This document shows, one piece after another, positions 1-8,553 of a stretch of 14,775 bases of DNA (the first letter of the stretch is position 1; every line of letters starts with the position of its first letter). The DNA lies in the NCBI GenBank assembly GCA_040289575.1, contig PSLL01000001.1, forward strand, positions 29,119 through 43,893, in the 5' to 3' direction. Position numbers and translations under genes: made by a program. The notes beneath the pieces are model-generated. The model saw only the letters and a list, made by a program, of their open reading frames with translations, made no database searches and had not been told where the DNA came from. Source of the stretch: Candidatus Dadabacteria bacterium. GTDB taxonomy: Bacteria; Desulfobacterota_D; UBA1144; Nemesobacterales; CSP1-2.

Positions 1-544
1 CTATGGTCTCATCCGGATCGTGAAGGACGGTAACACCTTCGGGAAGTGTTAGGTCGCTAATGTGTATTGAGTCTCCAATACCGAGTTGAGACACATCAAT
101 CTCAATAACGTTCGGAATAGAGGCGGGAAGACATTCGACCTCAATTTCTCGAAGGATTCCCTCAAGAATTCCACCTTCCTGGATTCCTGGAGCCTTCCCT
201 ACAATCTCAACCGGAACCTTGACGGTTATGAGTTCTTTCATAAGGATTTCCTGAAAATCAAAATGTATAGGTCGGCTTGTGAGGTTATCATATTGAACAT
301 CTCGAAGAAGGGCTATTTTAGTAATCTCTTCTCCGTCGCCCTTTACGTGAAGCTCAAGAAGGGTATTTTCTCCGGCCTCTGTGGAAAGGGCTTTTTTAAG
401 GTCAATAGGATTTACCGTTAATGAAATTGGTTCCATCTCTCTCCCATAAAGCACGGCGGGGATAAAACCCTCCCTTCTGATTTTTCTTGCCGCGCCCTTA
501 CCGACTTCATTTCTTCTTGTTACAAATAAAGTGCTCTGTGCCAT
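1..544 (-). CDS. rplY: 50S ribosomal protein L25/general stress protein Ctc (3' end runs off the window)
   Basis: Not in the ORF track. My translation from ATG at 544 gives MAQSTLFVTRRNEVGKGAARKIRREGFIPAVLYG..., the L25 N-terminal motif, and reaches ...EGVTVLHDPDETI in frame at the window edge. SD AGGAG at 551-555. Lies directly downstream of prs, the usual prs-rplY order. Confidence 0.96.
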   Translation of the reverse strand, partial: MAQSTLFVTRRNEVGKGAARKIRREGFIPAVLYGREMEPISLTVNPIDLKKALSTEAGENTLLELHVKGDGEEITKIALLRDVQYDNLTSRPIHFDFQEILMKELITVKVPVEIVGKAPGIQEGGILEGILREIEVECLPASIPNVIEIDVSQLGIGDSIHISDLTLPEGVTVLHDPDETI

Positions 545-555
545 TTTTAACTCCT

Positions 556-1500
556 TTAAAATTCGAATAAGGTGCTTATTGACTCTCCGGCGGCTATTCT
601 TCTTATTGCCTCCCCGAGGAGTTCTGCGATGCTGAGAACCCTGATCTTTTTACATCTCTTTGTTTCTTCTCGTGGCGGAATCGTGTCGGTTATTATTACC
701 TCTTCGAGGACCGAATCTTCAATCCTTTTAACAGCGTCTCCTGAAAGCACACCGTGTGTACAGCAGAGGGATACGCGATTTGCCCCCTTTCTTGATAGAG
801 CCTCAGCGGCTTGAACGGCGGTTCCGGCGGTGTCTACCATGTCGTCAACTATGATTGCCGTCTTTCCCGATACATCTCCTATAACATTCATTATCTCGGC
901 TACGTTTGGAGCTGAGCGTCTCTTGTCCGTCATTGCGAGTCCAACATGGAGTCTCTTTGCGTATTCCCTTGCCCTCTCCATTCCGCCTGCGTCAGGGGAT
1001 ACAAACACTATCTCACCATTATTGTATCTTCTTTTTAAATAACTTATGAGAACCGGGGCGGCGTAAAGGTGATCAACCGGAACATCAAAGAAGCCCTGAA
1101 TCTGTCCTGCGTGGAGGTCTACAGTAACGACCCTGTTTACCCCCGCTTTGGCAATAATATCGGCAACGAGTTTTGCCGTAATCGGGGCTCTAGGCTGAAC
1201 CTTTCTATCCTGTCTTGCATAGCCGTAATAGGGAATGACGGCGGTGATCGCTCCGGCAGACGCCCTTTTTAGGGCATCTGTAATGATAAGAAGCTCCATT
1301 AGGTGTTCGTTTACAGGGGGGCAGGTTGACTGAATGACAAAGACATGCGATCCGCGGACGCTTTCTGCAATCTCCGCAAACACCTCGCCGTCACTGAACC
1401 TTCTAATCTCGACCTTGCCGGGGGAGGCATCGAGGTATCTGCACACCGCCTCTGTAAGAGAAACATTCGATGTTCCGCTAAATATCTTTGGGACTCCCAT
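556..1500 (-). CDS. prs: Ribose-phosphate pyrophosphokinase (PRPP synthetase)
   Basis: Motifs FSDGE, PYYGYARQDRK, DLHAGQIQGFF, VSPDAGG and the PRPP-binding IVDDMVDTAGT; 314 aa. Confidence 0.98.
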   Translation of the reverse strand: MGVPKIFSGTSNVSLTEAVCRYLDASPGKVEIRRFSDGEVFAEIAESVRGSHVFVIQSTCPPVNEHLMELLIITDALKRASAGAITAVIPYYGYARQDRKVQPRAPITAKLVADIIAKAGVNRVVTVDLHAGQIQGFFDVPVDHLYAAPVLISYLKRRYNNGEIVFVSPDAGGMERAREYAKRLHVGLAMTDKRRSAPNVAEIMNVIGDVSGKTAIIVDDMVDTAGTAVQAAEALSRKGANRVSLCCTHGVLSGDAVKRIEDSVLEEVIITDTIPPREETKRCKKIRVLSIAELLGEAIRRIAAGESISTLFEF

Positions 1501-1601
1501 CGGTTAAGAGTAAAAACACTGATTAGTTTTTCTATTCAAAAAACCTATTATAAAATATATAGAGGATAATTCAAGTTTTGTGGATGGCTGATACCGGGTA
1601 A

Positions 1602-2042
1602 TTGGCTTTGGTGAATATACCGGCTGACAGAGAAATGGCATTCATCTTATCTCACAGGGTTGCGAGAATGGCTACGGTGGATAGATTGGGAAGACCGCTT
1701 GTCGTTTCTATATGCTACGCTTATGACGGTGGGTGTTTATATACGCCTATTGATAAAAAGCCCAAACGCGTATCCGTAGAAGGGCTAAAGAGAGTGAAGA
1801 ATATATCGGAAAATCCAAATGTATCGGTTATAATTGACGAATATAATGAGGACTGGTCTAGGCTCGGCTATGTGATTATTCACGGCAGAGCCGAGATAAT
1901 AGAGAGAGGAGAAGAGTATATTAAATCGCTCGGACTTCTATGCGAAAAATATCCCCAATACGAAGGTATGAATCTTTCTGAATTAAATCTGCCTGTAATT
2001 AAAATCGTTCCTGATCGAATAATATCATGGGGTATCGTTTAA
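1602..2042 (+). CDS. PPOX-class split-barrel oxidoreductase, probably F420-dependent (resembles the TIGR03668/Rv0121 family)
   Basis: RVARMATVD..GRP.VV.ICYA...LYTPIDKKPK...LKRVKNI.ENPNVSVIIDEY.EDWSRL..V..HGRAEI pattern. Start uncertain (TTG 1602, GTG 1611 or ATG 1635). Confidence 0.82.
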   Translation: MALVNIPADREMAFILSHRVARMATVDRLGRPLVVSICYAYDGGCLYTPIDKKPKRVSVEGLKRVKNISENPNVSVIIDEYNEDWSRLGYVIIHGRAEIIERGEEYIKSLGLLCEKYPQYEGMNLSELNLPVIKIVPDRIISWGIV

Positions 2043-3019
2043 AGCTGGATAGGATTCTGTTTCCCTTCTCTGATTACCAGGTATGCCGCGCCTAAGAGTC
2101 CCCCGTCGCCACCTAGGGTTGATTTCTTAATATAAACCCTCTCCATCGGGGCGCGCAGGCCTCTTTTTTTTGCCTCATCCACTGCTTTATCTATGAACAA
2201 TTCCCAGGCATCCGAGAGTCCGCCTGATATAACGACCATCTCGACGTTTAAGAGATTTACAAGACCGGCTACCGCTATGCCCAGGGCCCTTCCAAACTCC
2301 TCCCAGATCAATATGGCGAGTTTATCGCCTTCAATCGCCGCCTCCCTCACAATTTCAGGGAGTTTTTCTTTATGAACATTTTGAACCTCTTCTCTAAGGG
2401 AGGTTTTGACGGTTTTGTCATCCAAACCCTCTTTTACCATCCTTCTTATCCCCACGGCTGAGGCAAATGTCTCAAGGCATCCTGTGTTTCCGCAGTTGCA
2501 TTTTGCCCCATCTGGGGAAATTGTCATGTGCCCTACTTCTCCTGCCATTCCGTCCGCCCCGCGCCAGAGTTTTCTATTTAGGATTATTCCGCCGCCGAGT
2601 CCCGTTCCTATTGCGAGAAGCACAAGTGAATCTACCTTTTCTCCCACACCCTTCCACAACTCTCCGAGTGCCGCACAGTTGGCGTCATTTTCTACAAACA
2701 CCGGAATGTTCATCTCAATCTTCTCCATAAGAACGTCCCTAAATGGGTAGTTATGGACGTGCATTATATTAGGGGCCTGGGTTATTAATCCCCTTGCCAA
2801 ATCTATTATCCCCGGAATTCCGATTCCCACACCGTCTATGGTTTGTCCCCTTCTAATCTCATCTATGAGTTTTCCCAGATTCTCAATGACTGCATCTATC
2901 CCCAGATCCGCCCCGGAGGGAACGCTGAGGCGTTTGATTATGTTTCCGCTTCCACTGACCAAAGCGCCCCTTAGATTTGTGCCGCCTATATCAATGCCTA
3001 TTACCCTTTTTTCTCTCAT
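2039..3019 (-). CDS. ROK family sugar kinase, probable glucokinase
   Basis: GIDIGGTN, ENDANCAALGE, GTGLGGG, AGEVGH and the Zn motif CNCGNTGCLE. No N-terminal HTH, so a kinase rather than a repressor. Confidence 0.92.
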   Translation of the reverse strand: MREKRVIGIDIGGTNLRGALVSGSGNIIKRLSVPSGADLGIDAVIENLGKLIDEIRRGQTIDGVGIGIPGIIDLARGLITQAPNIMHVHNYPFRDVLMEKIEMNIPVFVENDANCAALGELWKGVGEKVDSLVLLAIGTGLGGGIILNRKLWRGADGMAGEVGHMTISPDGAKCNCGNTGCLETFASAVGIRRMVKEGLDDKTVKTSLREEVQNVHKEKLPEIVREAAIEGDKLAILIWEEFGRALGIAVAGLVNLLNVEMVVISGGLSDAWELFIDKAVDEAKKRGLRAPMERVYIKKSTLGGDGGLLGAAYLVIREGKQNPIQL

Positions 3020-3074
3020 TATTTATCACTGCAATTTGACTATCTCACCTCAGGCTTTGGTCTGCTACGTTTCA

Positions 3075-4547
3075 CTAGCGACCGATCAGCCCTTTGTATA
3101 GCTCCATATACTCTCTGCTTGACCTCTGCCAGGAGAAATCCTCATTCATCACTCTTGAGACGAGTTCCCCCCATTCCTCCCGTTTTTCATATACAGAAAG
3201 CGCCCTTGTTAGGGCATCGAGAAAACCCACCTTTGAAAACTCATGGAATACAAATCCATTTCCGTCCTTTTTATGGTTTGTGTAGTCTCTTACCGTATCT
3301 ATAAGACCGCCAGTTGCCCTTACAACGGGAATACTCCCATATCTTAGTGCAATCATCTGACCAAGCCCGCATGGCTCAAAACGCGATGGCATAAGAAACA
3401 TATCACAGCCCGCATAGATCCTCCTTGCAACCTCGTCTTTAAATCCGAAGACTACAGATAGATCTCCCCTATATCTAGCCCTTGCATTTTCAAGCATGCG
3501 CATATATTTTTCATCGCCTGAGCCGAGGATCACAAGCTGAAATCCTAGATCAAAGATCTGCGGAAGCGCATCAACCACGAGGTCTATGCCCTTTTGCTCG
3601 GCGAGCCTTGAGACCATACCAAGTAGCGGTTTTCCTTCTTCGGTGCTGAGCCCGAGGTCATTTTGGAGTTGGGACTTATTTTTTAATTTGCCCGAAATGT
3701 CTCCGATACCGTAGTTTATATAGAGGGCTTTATCCGTTTCTGGATTCCATGCCTCATAGTCAATCCCGTTTAAAATCCCTACCAACTTATTTGAATCCTG
3801 AGAAATCCACCTCAGAACGCCGTCCAGTCCGTATCCGTATTCATGCGTTTTTATCTCTTGAGCATAAGTCGGACTTACCGTAGTAACCATATCTGAATAG
3901 ATTATGCCGCCCTTGAGGAGATTTACCTTCCCATAGAACTCAAGCCCCTGAGGCATAAACAGATAGGGCGGGAGTCCAAACCTATCCAGAGCCTCTTTGC
4001 CCAATAGACCCTGATAGGCGATATTATGAATTGTAAAGACGAGCTTTAAATTCTCAAAGAACGGATCATCCTTTATATGCCTTCTCCATTTAAGCGATAT
4101 TGGAACAAGAGCCGTCTGCCAGTCGTGGCAGTGAATGATGTCGGGCTTGAAATTAATTGCCTTTGCAATCTCAAGCGCGCCGATTGAGAGAAACCCGAAT
4201 CTCAAATCGTTATCAGCGTAATCGCCCTGGGGCGTACTATATATATGCTCGCGGTCAAAGAAATCGTCGTTCTCAATTAAGTATATGGGAACACCGTTTA
4301 AATCAATCTCTTTTATCTTTCCCTTAAAGACGAGCCAATCAAGGCAGACTGCAATCTCTTTCCTCAGACCCTTGGCATTTATATTGAGCCTTTTTAGACT
4401 CTCTTTTACGTGGCGATAAAGGGGGATAACCACTCTTACATCGCATCCCAAGTTTTTAAGCTCTTTTGGCAGAGCGCCTACAACGTCGGCAAGCCCGCCT
4501 ACTTTGGCAATCGGTTCCATCTCGGGGGAAACAAAAAGTACTTTCAT
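3075..4547 (-). CDS. glgA: Glycogen synthase (GT5)
   Basis: KVGGLADV, HCHDWQT, TIHNIAYQG, SRLAEQKG and PSRFEPCGL motifs; SD AGGAGG upstream. Confidence 0.96.
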   Translation of the reverse strand: MKVLFVSPEMEPIAKVGGLADVVGALPKELKNLGCDVRVVIPLYRHVKESLKRLNINAKGLRKEIAVCLDWLVFKGKIKEIDLNGVPIYLIENDDFFDREHIYSTPQGDYADNDLRFGFLSIGALEIAKAINFKPDIIHCHDWQTALVPISLKWRRHIKDDPFFENLKLVFTIHNIAYQGLLGKEALDRFGLPPYLFMPQGLEFYGKVNLLKGGIIYSDMVTTVSPTYAQEIKTHEYGYGLDGVLRWISQDSNKLVGILNGIDYEAWNPETDKALYINYGIGDISGKLKNKSQLQNDLGLSTEEGKPLLGMVSRLAEQKGIDLVVDALPQIFDLGFQLVILGSGDEKYMRMLENARARYRGDLSVVFGFKDEVARRIYAGCDMFLMPSRFEPCGLGQMIALRYGSIPVVRATGGLIDTVRDYTNHKKDGNGFVFHEFSKVGFLDALTRALSVYEKREEWGELVSRVMNEDFSWQRSSREYMELYKGLIGR

Positions 4548-4633
4548 TATTCCTCCTAATGTCTTGATGGTAATTTAACAAATCGCTAATGCCTTTATAT
4601 TATCACCTTAAAAACTTTTTTAATACATTCCCT

Positions 4634-7087
4634 TTAAATATTCGAACCCCTGTTGTTACTTAACCTAGATTCTATGGCACTCCTGCTAAACCTGAGTCTT
4701 TCTCCCAGCCGAAAAATTGTCTCCGCTCCATCCGTCGGTAGAGCCTTTTTGTCAATCAGCCTCCAGAACAGATTCTGAACCCTCCATATATCTAAATTTA
4801 ATTTAAGCCTCTCGCCGAACTCAATTAATCGCAGGACATCTTCTATCTTTTTCGGTTCATAATCTTCCAGTACGGACTCCGTGTTTTTCTCTCCTATCTT
4901 CTCTAATGCCTCTTTTAGTCCGTTCCAGCTTAATTTGCATCCCAGCCAGTTTTCTTCTTCACGAATCCTGAGTGCCAATTCTCCTATGTCTTCAATGCTG
5001 ATTTCTCCCGCAACCAGTTTGATTACGGCCTGCGATATGCGGCAGTTTAGGGCAAACTCAACTGCTACCTTGAGGGCAGCGGGAATAGGGGTGTTTATGC
5101 TCCAGAGAAAGTGCATGAGTTTTCTATTCTCTTCATAGATTCTCTCATAAATGTCCGAGTATCTGGAGATCGTGCTCTCTAGTAGAGATTCCGCTATCTT
5201 TCTTCTCTCATCGATGAACAAATCCTTAAGCGTATAGTAATCCCCCGTAAAGTTTACATCCATTGCCCTTATAACTTCGGTAATGGAGTGACTAATAAAC
5301 ATCCTAAAGAGTTCTCCTTTTAATCTCTCGTAGTTGGGAAGATCGAGAAAGCCTTTTATTGAACACCTAAAATCGTATCCACCGAAGTAAAGAACACCGA
5401 ATACCGCTTGAGTCAACTCCAATACGATTTTTGATTGAACTCTGGTTCTTCCAACGAGGAGGGTTATGGCTCCGAGAGAGTCCTTTTGATAGTCGAGTAT
5501 TTGAAAATCAAATGAGAATATTTGAACTTCCTTCCCGTGTTCTCTAAAAAGGGACGTTATCGCATAGTGGGCAATAGCTCTCTTTAAATCAACGACGTAT
5601 GGCTTCACTAAATTTTCATAAACCGCCCTTCCATTTCCAATGTCAGGAATATTACTAGGGGCAAGAGAGAGCATATCGAGAAATCTCGTTTCCAAATCAA
5701 TCCCGGTGAGCTCTATAGTAATCTGAATCGTCCGAGCGGCGTACTTTAGAATCTGAACGGTTTCGATTCCTGATATGTCGGAGAAAAACCAGCCGCAGCT
5801 TGTAAAGCTAAGGAGAGCCTGCCTTTCCATCTCAAGGAGTTTGAGTGCCGTGACCTTTTCGACATCAGAAAACTCCCTTTTTTTAAATCTCCTAAAGAAT
5901 TTCTCCACGCCCTCGCGCGACCTATCTAATATAACATCTATATATCCGTCCCTCGATTCCCATACATCATTGAATAAATTGCCGCCTTCCTTTTCAAAGA
6001 TTAAATCAACCTCGTCCTTTAGCCAGTTGAGTGCGTCTCTCAGCGGTCTTCTCCACATTTGGTTCCACGACGGCTCGCCTCCGGTTTTGCATCCACAATT
6101 GTTACACCACCTCTCTATCCCGTGCACACAACTCCATGATGTGTTCTCAAGGATCTCCGCTTCATATTGTGGAGGGAACTTTTCAATATGCTCTCCGTAG
6201 TTTGTGATTTTTACCAATCCGTTTTCTTCAATTCTTTTTAGTGCATAGGCAAGAGCCATATCGCCGAATCTGTGGTGATGTCCGTATGTTTCGCCATCTG
6301 TTGCAATATTTAAAATCTGTGGATTCTCATCCTTAGAGTCGAATCCTTCAATAAGACGGCTTGCAAATTTCTCTCCATCTCCGAGAAGCCCTTCAAACGC
6401 AACGGCACGGGCGATGGAATCGTGATAGAAAAAGACGTTAATAAATTTCCCTCCGCCCAGAGAAACGCGGTAGGGGTATTTCGTATCAACCTTTCCTCCA
6501 CTCACATCGGTCCATTTGCTCTCACCCATTAGGCGAATCCTATAGGCTTGATGCGGAGAGAGAATTGTAAATTTAATCCCTTGATCCGATAGAATCCCAA
6601 GTGTCTCAATGTCAACGGCAGTTTCGGGAAGCCACATCCCTTCGGGTTTCCTCCCAAATCTCATTTCAAAATCCCTGATTCCCCAGCTAACTTGAGTGGC
6701 TTTATCCCTCTTTGATGCAAGAGGCATTATTATGTGATTGTAGCACTGGGCGATTGCATTCCCATGGCCGCCCCTTTCTTTTTGGCTGATTTTGTCGGCC
6801 TCTATTATCTGTTGGTATACTTGCGGTTCGTGCTTCTCCATCCACGAAAGGAGGGTGGGGCCAAAGTTGAAGCTTATCTTTGAATAGTTGTTTACGATCT
6901 CTAAGATGCGTTCCTCTCTATTGAGAATGCGCGAAGCTGCGTTTGGACCGTAGCACTCAACGGTTATTCTCTGATTCCAGTCATGATAAGGATATGCAGG
7001 ATCTTCAACCTCTATCTCTTCAAGCCAGGGACTTTCTCTGGGAGGCTGATAGAAGTGTCCATGGATGCATACGTATCTTTTATTCAT
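4634..7087 (-). CDS. Glycoside hydrolase family 57 protein with C-terminal DUF3536 domain
   Basis: N-terminal CIHGHFYQPPRE.PW, GMWLPETAVD (nucleophile Glu), ATDGETYGHH (acid/base Asp), SWSC.HGIERW and FTSCGWFF; 817 aa. Confidence 0.92.
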   Translation of the reverse strand: MNKRYVCIHGHFYQPPRESPWLEEIEVEDPAYPYHDWNQRITVECYGPNAASRILNREERILEIVNNYSKISFNFGPTLLSWMEKHEPQVYQQIIEADKISQKERGGHGNAIAQCYNHIIMPLASKRDKATQVSWGIRDFEMRFGRKPEGMWLPETAVDIETLGILSDQGIKFTILSPHQAYRIRLMGESKWTDVSGGKVDTKYPYRVSLGGGKFINVFFYHDSIARAVAFEGLLGDGEKFASRLIEGFDSKDENPQILNIATDGETYGHHHRFGDMALAYALKRIEENGLVKITNYGEHIEKFPPQYEAEILENTSWSCVHGIERWCNNCGCKTGGEPSWNQMWRRPLRDALNWLKDEVDLIFEKEGGNLFNDVWESRDGYIDVILDRSREGVEKFFRRFKKREFSDVEKVTALKLLEMERQALLSFTSCGWFFSDISGIETVQILKYAARTIQITIELTGIDLETRFLDMLSLAPSNIPDIGNGRAVYENLVKPYVVDLKRAIAHYAITSLFREHGKEVQIFSFDFQILDYQKDSLGAITLLVGRTRVQSKIVLELTQAVFGVLYFGGYDFRCSIKGFLDLPNYERLKGELFRMFISHSITEVIRAMDVNFTGDYYTLKDLFIDERRKIAESLLESTISRYSDIYERIYEENRKLMHFLWSINTPIPAALKVAVEFALNCRISQAVIKLVAGEISIEDIGELALRIREEENWLGCKLSWNGLKEALEKIGEKNTESVLEDYEPKKIEDVLRLIEFGERLKLNLDIWRVQNLFWRLIDKKALPTDGAETIFRLGERLRFSRSAIESRLSNNRGSNI

Positions 7088-7268
7088 TTCATCTCAGTTA
7101 TGAGTGGACTCAAATATCCTTTTATATTATGCCGTAAGAGAATTTTTATATAAAAACTGTCGGGGCATATTGTATATGCCCAAAATAGAGGAACGCTCAG
7201 AGCAAAAGGGCAAATACAGGTATTATTTCGAGCGCAGTACCTTGAGAAATGGAAATAAAGAGATCTGC

Positions 7269-7898
7269 TCATACGACGTATAACTCACTTAAGATCTGAA
7301 CGACTTTTCTTGCCCTTTGAGAGACGGTTTTAGAATCAGCTAGACCGCCGCTTCCTATCAAACTGGTTGAGAGTCCGACTGCTGTGGCGCCGGCCTGAAG
7401 AAACTCCATGAAATTCTCAATTGTTACTCCACCTGTGGTCATAACCTCAATAAAAGGAAGAAGCCCTTTTATTGCCCTTATATACGATGCTCCTCCGACA
7501 GATTTCACAGGAAAGATTTTTACTAAATCCGCTCCTAAATTCCATGCCTTTAAGATTTCATTGGAAGTGAGAGCACCCGATGCGACCAAAAGATTCTCGG
7601 ATTTGGCATGGGAGATAATTTCTCTATCTGTGTGGGGGGATATTATAAACCCTGCACCTGAACGGGATGCGCTTCTTGCCATCTCAATATTCAATACGGT
7701 TCCTGCTCCTACGAGAATGTCATCCATTTTGCCCAGTTTCTCAATGGTCTTTTCAGCGCTGGGGAATGAGAATGTTATCTCAATTAATTTAAGCCCGCCT
7801 TCAATACAGGCCTCCGCGAGTCTAAGGGCATTTTCAGAACTGTCAGCGCGGATTACGGCAAATACCCTATTTTTTCTCACAAAATCCATCGAGTCCAT
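7269..7898 (-). CDS. eda: KDPG/KHG aldolase family protein
   Basis: AVIR, IEITF, VGAGTVL, FIISPH, VKIFP (Schiff-base Lys) and TGGV motifs; 209 aa. Confidence 0.88.
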   Translation of the reverse strand: MDSMDFVRKNRVFAVIRADSSENALRLAEACIEGGLKLIEITFSFPSAEKTIEKLGKMDDILVGAGTVLNIEMARSASRSGAGFIISPHTDREIISHAKSENLLVASGALTSNEILKAWNLGADLVKIFPVKSVGGASYIRAIKGLLPFIEVMTTGGVTIENFMEFLQAGATAVGLSTSLIGSGGLADSKTVSQRARKVVQILSELYVV

Positions 7899-7912
7899 TC
7901 CAACCCCTAGTT

Positions 7913-7941
7913 ACCATACTCACATACACTTTTGTTTTCAA
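7913..7941 (-). promoter_or_regulatory. Putative sigma70 promoter of eda
   Basis: TTGAAA (7941-7936), 17 nt spacer, TATGGT (7918-7913), ending 14 nt before the ATG, with a weak AGGGG SD between. Confidence 0.5.
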
Positions 7942-7986
7942 GGTCTACAGGATATTATTGTTATGAATAAAAATAGGAGGGTTTAA

Positions 7987-8355
7987 ATGCCCACGTGGCT
8001 ATACGATGAACACGGTATTCCCAGGATGAGGTTGATTTATGACGGACGCATCCTCGATATAGAGGACAATCTCGTTGGATGGGTCTCTCTTCCGGAGGGC
8101 GCGATTTACACAACCGGGCTTGAGCATAGCGGCTGGTTCAGAAATGGACTATTAAGAGACAGCGATGGATGTGTAGTTGCATTTACAGAAGGCGCTTCCG
8201 ACCCCGATATGCCCGGCCTTCCCGACCGGATGATTCCTCCCAACATTTCCGATCCCTTGGGCGAATTAGAACGACCCAATTTCCCAAAACCTTCTTCTCT
8301 GCCTGAGCCTTATGCCCTTTGGTCTGGGACACCACTTGAGAGATTTTTTGGCTGA
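7987..8355 (+). CDS. Small hypothetical protein resembling the 4-fold beta-flower family
   Basis: Strong SD AGGAGG. Four quasi-repeats (LYDEHG / ILDIEDNLVGWV / IYTTGLEHSGWF / LRDSDGCVVAF) are followed by a Pro-rich tail ending ...LWS. Family recognised by eye only. Confidence 0.65.
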   Translation: MPTWLYDEHGIPRMRLIYDGRILDIEDNLVGWVSLPEGAIYTTGLEHSGWFRNGLLRDSDGCVVAFTEGASDPDMPGLPDRMIPPNISDPLGELERPNFPKPSSLPEPYALWSGTPLERFFG

Positions 8356-8358
8356 CGC

Positions 8359-8385
8359 TAGGGGCGGGTTTCAAACCCACCCCTA
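8359..8385. repeat. GC-rich REP-like palindrome, possibly acting as a terminator between convergent genes
   Basis: TAGGGGCGGGTTT-C-AAACCCACCCCTA: 13-nt arms with one mismatch, 3 nt after the stop codon at 8355. Confidence 0.7.
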
Positions 8386-8553
8386 ATATTTTATCCTCAA
8401 TCTTCCTCAGTACCCAAGCACTCCAGCGTGTAAATGACCTTCGAATCAGGATTTACTAATTTAGAAACAATCTTTAAGTCCGTCAATAAGGTCTTTATCT
8501 ATAACATCCCTCGTTATCTCCCTCCTTCCAGTTTTGAATCTCTCCGATTCTCT

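Noticed and set aside
86..421. 111-aa plus-strand ORF
   Set aside because: Antisense shadow of rplY, which is the recognisable gene here.
1501..1601. tRNA-Gln often found upstream of prs
   Set aside because: The spacer is AT-rich, with no cloverleaf or T-loop motif on either strand.
7084..7272. 62-aa minus-strand ORF bridging eda and GH57 with ATGA overlaps at both ends
   Set aside because: The overlaps are curious, but there is no recognisable motif and the region is AT-rich, palindrome-rich and promoter-like. Unsupported without homology or proteomic evidence.
7408..7986. 192-aa plus-strand ORF and other antisense ORFs inside prs, ROK, glgA, GH57, the protease, mazG and apgM
   Set aside because: They overlap well-supported genes and lack motifs or start signals of their own.
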